Origin: Eledone cirrhosa | Lineage: Eukaryota | Assembly: GCA_964016885.1 (NCBI GenBank) | Contig: OZ024752.1 | Location: forward strand, 38,812,001-38,876,000 | Direction: 5' to 3' | DNA length: 64,000 nucleotides | Shown here: in pieces, positions 51,701 through 64,000 of the stretch | Position numbering within the stretch: the first letter of the stretch is position 1 | Layout of the letters: each line of letters starts with the position of its first letter | Made by a program: the position numbers and the translations under genes | The notes under the pieces: model-generated | Told to the model about the DNA's origin: nothing | The model's input: the letters and a program-made list of their open reading frames with translations, nothing else | Databases searched by the model: none

Positions 51701-54700
51701 TCTTATGCTAAAGAAGTTAGGAAGGTGGAGTTTTAAAAAAAAATAAAATCCCTAAAAAAAAAATTTAAAAAAAAAATCAATTTTTGTTTAATGAAATGAA
51801 ATACTAAAAGTAAGTATTGGTTGCTATGGAACAATTTTTTATTTATATTGCAAGTCTGAATTTTTTTTAAAAAAGCCCAGCAAAATTAATATCCAAATTT
51901 GAAAAGTTGCATCTAACAACAAAAGAATGGGTGAAGGGGTGGGGGGGAAACAACAACCCAGGAATGGCATGTGAAGGACAAGCATTGGTGCTCCAACAAG
52001 TTACATTAATTTTATATTAGGTATATATAAATATACACTTGGAATAGTACTTACAATAGATTGTAAAGAAGTTTCACAGTCATCTTCACACAACTATGAA
52101 CATCCAACAAGTATATAGTGTTCCCTATCCCCTATTTGTCTGCATCTAAAACTGGGGGAATAGAATAACAAAATATAGCTAAAGTTAATTTAGGAAAAAT
52201 TCTGGGGCCACATTGCTCGTTGATATACACACTTGGATAGAAAGAAGAAAAGAAAAAAAAGGCTAAGTTAATGAACCCAACATAATCCATTTTTTTTTTT
52301 AAATTACAAAGCTGATAAAAAATTAAAATGTAGAAAGTATATCAACATTTTAAGTATTTTTAAAAAGTTATATTTTAATTTCATGCAACAAAAAAAAAAA
52401 AACAACATCTCAACCAGTATAAAACAGGCCGAGAAAGAAACACGATACTGTATATCAACAATAACCAAAATATTCAATTAAACATTAAAAAAACCATTCC
52501 ACTATAATAGCAGGACCAACCTAACCAGAAATATCACAAAGTAGGAAATCCAGATAAATGTGCATTTGCAGCAGTTTAGAGATTTAACACCATCCACATC
52601 TTTATAACTGAACTAAAAGGTTTTAACAAGCCTGAAACAATTTCAGTTCAAATTTGCACAATAGCAGTGCTCCAGCATGGCCTCAGCCTTGTCAGTAGGA
52701 ACACGGAAAAAAGTTAGTTTTCAGTCAAAAGTCTATCAACCACAGAGGCTCATCAGGTTATCCTGGTTTCCGTGGCATTAAGCAACAGTGTACAGGACGC
52801 CAGTCTATCACTGATGAACCCCCAGATTTTCAGCTAAGTGTACTGGAATGCGAAATGAAGTGTTTTGCTCAAGAACACAACGCACAACCCAGTTACAATT
52901 TACATAATGGACTGTAACTGCATAGCTCTTCAAAGAGCCATGGCATGACTAAAAGGTCCACAGCCATTTTGACCCGATTTCTATGCCTAAATGCTCTTCC
53001 TAAAAACCCTTTATTATTTATTAAGATAAATGAAAAAAAAATTTAAACCCTTTAAAATGTTTAGAGCAGGTTAGTATCGAAAGGGCAAAGCATGTCTGTT
53101 TAAACTATTGTCCAGCAGTGTAGTGGTACATATTTGTAGAGTACCCGAGCATAGAAAACCTGACTCAAAAGTCTCATCCAACCCATGCCACCATGGAAAA
53201 ATACAAATGTTAAATCTACAGTTATGACACAATCCACACTAAACCACTTGGTGATGGTTTGATGTGTAAGCCAGAACCAGATAGCACGATGATGTGTGGC
53301 CTATCCAGCCTAATATCATAAGACATAAAATGACAATCAGGTGCTAACTGTAATAAGACCTTACAATACCATTGTATTTTTGCAGTAAAGGCTTTAATTC
53401 ACATAATATCGAATCTAAGATTTTGATGGCGTTTTTTTTTTGTTTTTTTTTTAGAATACCTTAACATTAGTATAAGCAACTGGTTATGGCCTTGTTAAAC
53501 AAAAAGAGGTGAGAGAATTCTGGCCGGATACAGCCAGTTTAAATTACTAATGCTTAATTAACATTAAAAAATGTTCTCTCAAGATCCCTTACAAACGGTA
53601 ACCTAAGAAAACTGAAAATTTTGAAGGAGAGATGGTGAAAAAAATAAAACCTATTTCCTGGAGTACAGGTGCATAAACAAAGAATAAATTATAATAATAC
53701 TCATGCTAATGTGTGTTAAATAAATACGACTTGGTTCCAACTAAAGTGTTAAACCATGGGGAGGATATGGAGTTGTGGGGTCATGTTAAAAAATGGAATA
53801 ACATTCAACAATGTCCAAGAAATTAAGATTGATATCAAAGACAAATACAGATTAACAAGAAAAAACTTTTTTTTCTTTTAAAATAAAGCCATTGCCAAAA
53901 ATACCGAAATCCTAGCTAATATTTGGGGGAAAAAAAGATTCCATGCTTGTAGCACAACCCAAATATACAGATGAACCAAGATGTATGGTGAGGAAAAAAA
54001 AAAAAAACCCAAAAAACAAGCCTATCACTTCCAGACTTCTAAGTAAAAAATGACAACATAAAAATCTAGTTTCCAAACCACTTCTACAAGACACAGCAAT
54101 TATTTCTTGAATATATTGTACCTGTTAAAGCAACTGTTGCGTGAAAAACTTATCCCACCGATTCTAATACATTGGGGAATTTATATTTCTTCTGGAGCTA
54201 AAAATCTATATACAACAAGCCAAAATATGATGCACAATTGTATTGTAATTAAATTTATCTTATTTGAAGCAAATAAAATTATTTGAAGCAATCAATATTT
54301 CTTTTTTCAATGCTAATTTAGCAAGAGATGATTAATTCAATTTATGATAGCTTAAAAATGTGTGAGGGCAAGGGGTTTAACATAACCAGGAAATATCTGT
54401 TTTAATCTGTAGTATTAGGAGGTAAAATTAGAATAATTTTTAAACGGTTTCTTACTCTCAGCAGAGAATCTATATCAATTTTAGTGAATTAATCACAAAC
54501 GAAATATTTCACTTTAAAAACTATTCTAATTTGGTCAATATAACATGTTTGAAGTTTCAAACTAATTAAGAAGTTAACCTACCTCTTCTTCATCCCCTTC
54601 TTCTTCATACTGAAATTAAATTAAAATTTAGATTGGTAAAAAGCAAAATGTTTTAGTTAGAAATGCATTACTCCAAATTATATCTCACAGATTCTCTAAG

Positions 54701-56544
54701 TTTGAAACAAATCAAAGAAAACTTTCTTCTAAATCAGCTTTACACACAAATCTTGTGCTTGAATTATTTTTTTTATTCATTTTAGTAAAAATAGCAATAT
54801 ATTGGAACAGAGTCAAAGGATAGAAGAAATATCCATGATGTTGGCAGTTCAGTTCTTGTTTTCAAGCATTAAGTCTGTTGTGGCCGTGTAGGTGCTATGT
54901 CAAAAAGTACCCAATCAACACTAAAGTGGTCGTTTCCGTGCCATGATAAAAAGCACCCAGTCTACAGTAAGTGTGGTTGGCGTTAGGAATGGGATCCAGC
55001 CATAGAAACCAAGTCAGAAGCAGTTCTGTGTGAGCAAGACCTGGTAATCTAATTGGGCTCGTCTCACAACGGGACAATTCATCTAACCCATCCATACTTA
55101 CTAAGTGTAGAAAAAAAAAAATAAAATAAAAAAAAAATCAACGTTAAATATGTGATAACGCGATGAAACCTTCAACTTAGTACAATGGATGTAAACAAGT
55201 TGCATTGAAGAATCCAGTCACCTAAGCACTGGAGTAGATTTAATGCCACTATCAATGGAGTATTGAAAGTGAATAAAAAATTTTTTTTTTAAATGCATCA
55301 TGCATAAGCTAGTGGACTTTGAATAGGTTTCAATTTCTAATAAACTGAACAGTGGTTGTGAAAGCAAGGATTTCCAGAGACAGAAAAGAGCGAAATTTTC
55401 TAAAATGTTCAAAGAACCAAGGTTAATCCGTCATCCTATTACTTTGAATTTTAATTGAAATACACAGGTAGAAATGTTTGATGTTTGTTAGGAATATATT
55501 CAAGAGATTTGAGAATACTTACATCTTCATCTTCTTCCAGTGCTTCACCAGTAAAATACAAAACAGCTCTTGGGATTATTCTTTCCCGTATAAAGTGTCC
55601 AACTTCAAAATCTGTTGCCAAAATTGTTTCAGAATTCTCATCCTTGAAAAGAGGAAAAAAAAAAGTTTTTTTAAATCATTCCAAGAAATAATAAATTGAA
55701 AAAAAAACAACATTTTTTTAAGAAATATATTTAATTAAAGCCAAAGCAAACAAACATACCAGCTCTGCTTCATCAGCAGGAACTGAAAGAAAAGAAAAAG
55801 GTATATTGAATAACTAAAATATATAGAAATAACCAAATCACTGACAACTATTTTATATCAGAGAAATGGGTAAAAATCCAAACCTTATTCATGTATATTT
55901 AAAGGTGAAAATTGTCAAAATATTGACCTCAAATATATGCCAACACCCACCCCCAGTTCCATTTACCATTGATTTTTGGTCACATATTCCTCAACTTATA
56001 TATTCAAGTATATATGGTAATTATAGAAAATAACTTCTGAAAGATATAAATACAATATTTACCTGAAGGTGGATTGAAGAAATTGAAAAAAGAATCAACT
56101 TCCACAGTTTTTGTAACAGTCCTTGTTGTTCCTCTACCTTTATGTTTCAGCTTTTTCTTCAACACTTTCACAGTTACATCTTTTCCCTTTTTCCACTCAA
56201 TTGGACAACTAGCAAAGGAAAGAAAAAATATGGAAGACATTTCATAAACATTAATGAAGAGGGAATGGAGAGAATGTGCATTAATCGGTGGAAAATTCAA
56301 TTCAAGAGAATTTATCAACTTACCCAATACATTTTACTATCTCTGGCCCTTCAAAAGAGAAGGGATCAGTTAAATCAGGCTCTGATTTCATAATATATTT
56401 CTTCGTTAATACATTATTCTTGATATAATCATTTGGTTCAAAAAAGAACTGTAAAGTGAAGCCCTGTAAAAGAAAAAGTAGACATACTTTCAAGTCAAAT
56501 ACAAACAAGTTGATGAGTCATTATTGACAAACAATAACATTCAC

Positions 56545-56581
<37 letters not shown>

Positions 56582-59500
56582 CAGAATTGTAGCTGAAACC
56601 TTTCAAATTAAGCTAATTACAAGCACAATATTTGAAGAGATATTGAAGATTAAATATATTTTTACATAAACCTGAGAATTGCTAGGCAAGTGATAATTTT
56701 GAGTTTAGAAGAAATGACTTACCATTGGGTCTTTCTCTGAGAAAATACACTTTATCTCACTAAGATGTTTCAGTATAGGCTCATCATGTTCCTAAAATTG
56801 AGATGGAGGATAAAAATAACCGTAAATCAGTATAAAACACAAATAGCAAAAGCTTTTCATAAAACAACAAAAATGTTGACAATTCATTAAAGACAGTCTT
56901 TTCATACAGACATTTACTGTAAACAGTATAGAATCTAATGCTTCAGGCTTTTTCCCTTTGAGAGAAGGAAAGGAAAATGCCAATTGGGCTAGTAAAGCCT
57001 TTAAAGTTTGATTCAGTATTTAATGTGTTCTCTGAAGTGCAGATGATCGAATTAATTTGGCAATGAGTTGGCACAACTGCTCCAGTTAGAGAAATCTATG
57101 AAGATGCAGGTGTGGCAAACCGCATATATTCTAGCAACCAGAAAAAGCAAAATAAAAACTGCTTCACCTTCAACAGAAGAATCACAGAGAGAGTGAAATG
57201 CAGATAATAGAGACCAGAATGACAAAGCCAATGAAACAGTGGTGGAATACACATGGGATTGACCACACTAGTTATATCTATCCATTAACAGAAACATTAC
57301 ACAATTGTTTCTTTAGGTTAAAAGTCTAGCAAAAGTTATTGAGTGCCTAATACTCCTCGGTGTTGGCTTTCTGCTTCATGTACAGATTACAAATTTATTA
57401 ACCGTATATAGACGACCCCATAAAAGAGTGAAAGCAGCAATTCTTGCTCTATGGGCTTTTTATTTATATATATATATAGTCATTACCGTCATCTATCTTC
57501 CCCACTAGTATGGGTTAGACGGGAATTGTCCCACTTAACCCTATAGTGCTCAAACCGCCCGAAATCGCTAGATAACACCCACACTAAAAAATCGTTCTAA
57601 AAATAAACAAACCATCATCAAAATCTCGTCAATTCAACACTACTGCGAGATTAGGCTCTTACCGCGAAAATTAACACTTAATATAGTGAAACAACTTAAA
57701 ACAACAAGTGTTTTTTTACTTTGAAAGTACAATAAATTTCTTTTTCGTATCAATATAGCTTATGAAAGTAAGTGATACTGATTTTGAAGGTTTTACACAC
57801 GACAACATTCAGAATAAACAAGAAACAAACGATAATATTAGTGATTTATCTTCAAATGAATCTGATGTTTATATATCTGAAGTTTCGTCCAACGATGATT
57901 GTTTTGAAAGTGAAAACGAAGGAGATCTCCAGGACGCCATTGAAAATATTACAGCAACATGATTGAAAAATACCACACCAATACATACACACATTACCTC
58001 TTGATGCTAAAGTACTGGATTATTTCTTTTTGTAGTTGCAGTTGTGGCAGAAGAGATTAATCGATATGCCCAACAGATTTCAAATCGAGGAAAACCCGAT
58101 CTGTTTGGCAACCAACAGATGCTGCGGAAATGCAAGCATTTTTTACCATAAATATGTTCAGTATAAAACAATTTCCAAGACTGGAATTACTTGAGCACTG
58201 ATATAAGGTTTAGTGATCCTTATATATCAAGTATTATCCCGAAAACAACGTATTTAAAATTAAACCAGTATTTGCCCCTGGTCGATACTTCAAATGCCCC
58301 TATTAATTAATTTCAAATGCCCATAAAAGTCAAATTTAAATTAATCTATTTACCTGAACCATTTCTGAAAGAATATCTACATTCTTGAAGACTGTCAACC
58401 AGAAATGTGGAATACCTTTTGTGTTTTCTAGAGTAAAAATAAAAATTAACAATTTTGTTATTACAAATTCTTAGAGACACTAGACACACAAATAAGGGGA
58501 TACTTAACTGTTGCTTTATTTGATCAACTCCCAAAAGATTAAAAAGGGGTAATGGTGACATAAACAGAGCTTGAATCCAATATAAGAGACAAAATATTTT
58601 TTTTTAATTGTGCCAAATTTACTCTCCCTGCAATAAAATTTGCCAGTACAGCTGAAAGCCTGGTAGTACCAAGAGGATCTTTTACACCCAAAAAGTGACA
58701 AAGTCTTTTTGCTACCACCATTACTTCTCGAGCTATTATTTTTATTATTAGTTCTACGAACCAGTTTTAATTCTCAGTAAGTCATTTAATTCCACTTATA
58801 CCTTTGAATAAAGGGATGTTACCTAATAACAACTTCCATGAAAAATCCTTTACAGCTTCATTCTTAGCCCAAGCTTTAACTATTCCACTTCGCCTAAGTT
58901 TAAATGCTCTGAGACAGCCTTTAGAAATATTCTCTTTAGTTCTTACAAGGAAAATATAAGATGCATTCTGTGGGATGTTGGTAATTTAGTTATGAAGATC
59001 AATAGCAGTAATCCGTTTTACACCAATTCCAAAAATGGAAAGATTATATATACATATCGTATATCTAAAACTCATTTTTCTTTGAAACATGCTTTGTATA
59101 TATACAATATATTGTGTATTCTCTTGGATATATGGCTCTCTCTCTCTCTTTTAATCATTTTATATATATATATATATATACATACATACATACATACATA
59201 CATACATACACTATATATATATATGAATTGATAATACAACCATATAGAGGCAAAGAACAAATGGAATGTTCTTGTTAATCTATCGAAACAGCCATAAATA
59301 AATTAAATGCTTTAATTTAAACCCTTTCTTAATCTGTTTTTATTTATATTGCACTTTACATGCCTGATTAACTAGCATAAGGATGCTCCTTCATCCTTCA
59401 GTCAGCATGAAAGTAATAAATCTACTGCAGTAGATTAAAAACTTATGGGATATGTAAGATTAAGTTGTCGATATAATTTAACAATTTAGTTTTAGGATAT

Positions 59501-62500
59501 GTAAGATGAAATAGTTGTTGACATAATTTCAGAATCGAGTTCACGATACAGTTAAATAATTGAACCTTGAAGTACTTACCATCTAAAACCTCTAGTACAG
59601 GATCTTTCTGTTCAGGCTTATCCTCAACTGAAGCTTTACACCGCATCTCATCCTACAAAAATGTTAAAACATTTTCTTTAAAAAAAAAATACATTATATG
59701 CAAGTAAATACAATTAGAATTTTCAACATTTATCAAGCAGTAATCTTTGTACATTCTAGCTAAGCTCTAAGGAATGGAAATACATCCTTCCTATAAGAAA
59801 TATTTCTGGAATTCCTTATTCTTTAGCAAAAAGTGTTTCTTGTGTAAGAAAACAGTCTAAACTTCTAGCAACCACATATTACACACAAAAAATTAACAGC
59901 CTCAGTGAGAGGCTGTTAATTTCCAAAAGCATATCAGATATTTATTATATATATATATATATATAATTATGTATTATATATATATATATATATATAATTA
60001 TTTAGGCTTTACCTCACATAATATTGACATTTATTGAGAATAATACCTTAACATCAGTATGAGTGGCCAGTTACAGACAGCTTAAATGCTAAAGAGTTAA
60101 CTGGTAATAGCAATGCTAAATTCTTTTCTCAAGCATTTCATTTGCTTTAAATCTTAAACTTCAGTACTTTTTACCATAATATACTTCATAGAGTATCTAC
60201 TTCAACAAAGATTAAAATGGATATAAAATTATCCTCATTTTAATGCCTGCTTTCCCTACTGGCTAGAGTTGGATGAGCCAGTCCTGAAGTGGGGCTACTG
60301 ACCTCCAAGAGAAGCCAGGTATCTTGCTTACGTTATGGTCTCACATTCTACCGAGTGCACAGGAGAGGTTGTCATGTCCGACACAACTGAGGCTCCTCCA
60401 ACCCTTTCTGTAAGCCCTCTACAATTCAATGCCCTATGTAACCAACCAATTTACGGCATGTACTGGTGCATTTATCGTGTAGATCATATGATAATGATTA
60501 TCATTATTATGATATATGTGTGTGTGTGCATGTATATATATATATAATATATATATATGTGTTGGTACCACAAAACATCCAGCCCACACTGTAAAGTGGT
60601 CATGTAGGTGTCACAACAAAAAGCACCTAGCCCCCACTACATGTGGTTGGCGTTAGGAAGAGCATCCAGCCAGGAACAGTCCTATATGAGCGAGAGACAG
60701 GCACCCAACACACAACTTGCCTCTAAGTGGGACAAACCCGTTTAACCCATGCTAGCGTGGAAGATAGACGTTAAATGATGATGATCTCCAATACTAGGGA
60801 GGTTGTCATGCCCTTGACATAATTGAAGGGTCCTACCAACCCTTTGGCAGCAGCTAAAGAAATATCCAAACCATTTCAGGATTGCAAACATTTGCTTATT
60901 TCTTTCTTTAAACACAAAGTATAAAATGTTGTACATACTGATAATTCTTCATCACTTGACCACTCACATTCTTCATCTGTTGGTTCAACAGTGGCATTCA
61001 CAATATCTTTTCTCTACAAAAGGAAAAAAATATATTAGAAACACACATATATAGATAGATATATCATTTTACGTCCGCTTTTCCCTGCTTGCAAGGGTGG
61101 GACGGGAACTGACTCTGGCTTGATTTCTACAGCTGGATTCCCTTCCTAACACCAACCTCATTTACAGTGAGTGCTGGGTGCTTTTTTGCCGTGGCACCTC
61201 CACGACCACTTTGCAGTGGAATGATAGGGACCCCAGGCCCTATCATCTCATTTCTACAGCTGAGTAAACTGGAGCAATGTGAAATAAAGTGTCTTGCTCA
61301 AGGAAACAACACATCACCCGGTCTGAGAATTGAACTCACAACCTTTCGATTGCAAGGTCAATGCTCTAACCACTAAGCCATGTGCCTCCATCACATATAT
61401 GTATATATATATAAATGTAAAAAGTAAACAGAAATAACAACACAATCAGTACAGTGAGAAACAAGATAGATTGAAGGGACGGGCGGGTTGGAATTGGAAA
61501 AAAATGTCTTTAGATAAAAATAACAGGTCCATTCATGTTGACATCTCTTGGGAAAATGTTGATGCTGGCATTTTGTATATGATATATATATATATATATA
61601 TATATATTGAAAAATACAAAACTGCATCACAAAACTATTTCTAATTTCAGCACACAAGGTCAACAAATATGAAGGAAGGGCAAAAATCGATTAACCCTTT
61701 AGCATTTACATTACTCTAAATTTACTATTATATTTTTATGGTAAAGGCTTTATCTCACATAATATCGAATCTATGAGATTTATCAGTATGAGCAGCTGGT
61801 TACAACAGAAAAAAAGAGATGAGAGAATTCTGGCTGGATATGGCCAGTTTAAATGCTAAAAGGTTAAATCAATATTTGCTGGGTAATCAACTTTATTTAC
61901 CCTAACTCGTATTAAAGTCATAATAATAATACTACAAATTTTCACAAGTAAAGATAAATTTTTAAATAAAAAGACATTTTTGTAAAAGTATCAATGATAA
62001 ATCTCACCTTTTCATAGAATGGAGCATATTTCTCAGCAAATCTGCATTCCAATGAATGAAGTTCTTCATAGAAATCAGATTCAATCTTAGTCGTTTCAAA
62101 CTGAAGTTTCTTTAAGGCTTTTATTCTCCGCTTAACACATTTAGGTAAACTGAAAGAAAAACCCAACAGAGCAAACTATTATCATAAAAAAGAGAGGAAG
62201 GAAAAAATAAAAAGAGAGAGAGACATAAGTCACTGCAGAATTGAAAGGAAAGAGTTAAAATCCTAAAATATTAGGTTTGGGAAAGTTTCCTGCCATAAAT
62301 ACACAAAGTTTGTCAAATTTGCTACCCAACACTTCAACACCAAATAGCTACTTGCCACTTAGCACTGGCTGATTTTGTCTAATTTACGACTCAACCCTGG
62401 CTGATTTTGTGACACCATCACTTAAACTCCCTTCGTTACCCCTTCCATCTGGCATACTGCCTGTCCTACCAACTACTATTGTCCAGTCATCAAAAGATTA

Positions 62501-63950
62501 GCTCTCTAGAATCATCTAATGTCCAACTATCAAAAACATTTTCTTTAAATGGTAATTTTTTTTTTTTAAGAGACTTGTACAAATCAGTTCTAATAATTCC
62601 AAATAGCTACAAGATTCGATATGTGAGCTAAAACGTTTACTGTGAAAATATAGAGTAATGTAAATGCTAATAGGTTAATATCACAACTTGTTACAATTAC
62701 TGAGTTTTAGATTAATATTTTAACTAGATTTCACTGTCTACCACAGTACTATTTGCATCAACTTCATGAATCTTGTCACATTTCTTTGCTGAAGTCTTAA
62801 GAACCAAACATGACTGGAGTTATTTCCCATTATTATTCAAACAAACATGAATGATAGGAACCAATATTCTCATTTCTTCACTGAAAATATTTCTAATTAG
62901 ATTTTTGATATTCCCTATACTCATTGTAAATCAAAGAGTAACTTTCATGGAACAACATTTTGATTAATATGAAGAGACCAAACGGGGCAGTCTCTACATT
63001 ATTCAGAAGGGCCAAAGAACTCTATAACTAGCAAGTGACAATCCCTCCACACCAAACAATCACTTCCAACTACAATCTTTAAGAAACATTGGCAGTACAC
63101 AATGGAATATGCAATACATAACATTAATCATTTCAATTAATTCACAAAAGGTTTTGAAGGGTTTACTAAAATTATTATGAAGATGGTAACCTAACATGTG
63201 GATCTGATGTAAGACTTTTGTTGGCAAATAATTTAAAAGAGGAACACTTAGAAAAATGGGTGGTTTATGTTTCATAAAACAAGAGCCTGTTTCAGGACGT
63301 TTGATAGTGAAAGGGTTAAGTTACCAGACATCATTTGAATGCTTCAACAAAGACCTTTATTTTAAAAAGCCCTAATGGGTTGAATAAGGGGTTAAAATTT
63401 AAAAATAGATTAGATACCACCCAAAATCCTAACACTCATTGCTAAGAAAACTGAGAAGCTTTTAACATCACAAAAACTGAAGAGAAATTTAAAAAAAAAA
63501 AAACCTCAATATCAACCTACCTTTGAATGTAAGTGGATGGAGTACCAACAATACTGCCAAGCTTATCTTGCAGAGCAGCCAATTCAAAAGGATTTTGCAT
63601 CCATTCACATGCATTGTCTGCAGATCCAGTTTGTGGAGCATCTAATAAAATTATAAAATTACAAGAGATTATTTTTTAACATACAGTAGCAACCAATATG
63701 ATGTGGAGAGAAGATGGCCTCTCCAAGTTTTTAAAATGCCCTAGAAAAATGCTGCATGTTAATACGATGCCCCTCAGAAATTACGGGAGACCATTGTAGG
63801 CATGCAACTGATAATGAAGAAATAATATACTCCACATGTATGGCAGATTTAACTACAACTTGTCTAAAAGGTGGCAAATTATAAATACCTTCTGATCCTT
63901 CTTCAACATCTGTTTCTACTTCTTCAGGATCAGCTTCTGCATTGTTTTGT
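48720..63950 (-). CDS. NAP1L1: Nucleosome assembly protein 1-like, 5'-partial. Exons 63950-63889, 63641-63521, 62149-62008, 61013-60939, 59652-59580, 58427-58354, 56791-56723, 56463-56324, 56208-56063, 55782-55760, 55642-55523, 54609-54583, 50744-50694, 48755-48720
   Basis: MQNPFELAALQDKL..YIQSLPKCVKRRIKALKKLQ, EPTDEECEW, KGIPHFWLTVFKN, EHDEPILKHL, DPFSFEGPEI, WKKGKDVT, SFFNFFNPP, DFEVGHFIRERIIPRAVLYFTGEA, DPDYNP, C-terminal CKQQ. All introns are GT-AG with consistent phases. Confidence 0.95.
57536..58310 (+). mobile_element. Decayed piggyBac transposon: left end plus N-terminal transposase relic
   Basis: TTAACCCT start; acidic MKVSDTDFEGF...; then VAEEINRYAQQ, WQPTDAAEMQAFF, DPYISSII, KLNQYL..VD (PGBD-type motifs) with stops and frameshifts. 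Confidence 0.7.
60570..60785 (+). mobile_element. RTE 3'UTR-derived short element carrying about one 48-bp unit
   Basis: CACTGTAAAGTGGTCATGTAGGTGTCACAACAAAAAGCACC ... GACGTTAAATGATGATGAT. Confidence 0.7.
61064..61390 (-). mobile_element. Family-2 SINE (tRNA/CORE-like/RTE tail)
   Basis: Reverse complement of 25151-25478. Confidence 0.8.
61691..61868 (-). mobile_element. Family-A piggyBac MITE (internally deleted)
   Basis: TTAACCCTTTAGCATTTACA ... TAAATGCTAAAAGGTTAA. Confidence 0.8.
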
Positions 63951-64000
63951 CTGAAATTAAAAGAATAATGATCAAAAGTAGAATACATTTTTTATCTTCA

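Noticed and set aside
48800-57500. Intronic snoRNAs in NAP1L1 introns
   Set aside because: No convincing C/D or H/ACA box-and-hairpin arrangement could be identified by eye

Overview
AT-rich, intron-containing animal DNA. The SINE/RTE/microsatellite landscape suggests a coleoid cephalopod (octopus-like), but that is inference. Four genes are supported: (1) the last exon of a PDX1/SNZ (PdxS) pyridoxal 5'-phosphate synthase (+, 1596-1897); (2) a single-exon-CDS CEP44 (-, 5868-7235), with a decayed 5' duplicate near 2670-2850; (3) a complete 5-exon ILRUN/C6orf106 (-, 42078-23232, 281 aa); (4) 14 coding exons of NAP1L1/NAP1 (-, 63950-48720, ending in the CaaX motif CKQQ; the start lies beyond the window). 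The rest is mobile and repeat DNA: a 5'-truncated RTE LINE with an inserted Cys/His finger, other LINE relics, two tRNA-derived SINE families, piggyBac-type MITEs with a decayed parent transposase, minisatellites grown from TE parts, and about 6 kb of compound (TA)/(CA) microsatellite. The most notable signal not in the ORF track is a set of hammerhead ribozyme motifs. One is a canonical extended type I hammerhead with a GUC site (-, 3265-3365). Two are tandem minimal hammerheads on a 263-nt period (+, ~19950-20380; retrozyme/Penelope-like). A degenerate one lies nearby. Most long ORFs in the track are microsatellite artefacts.
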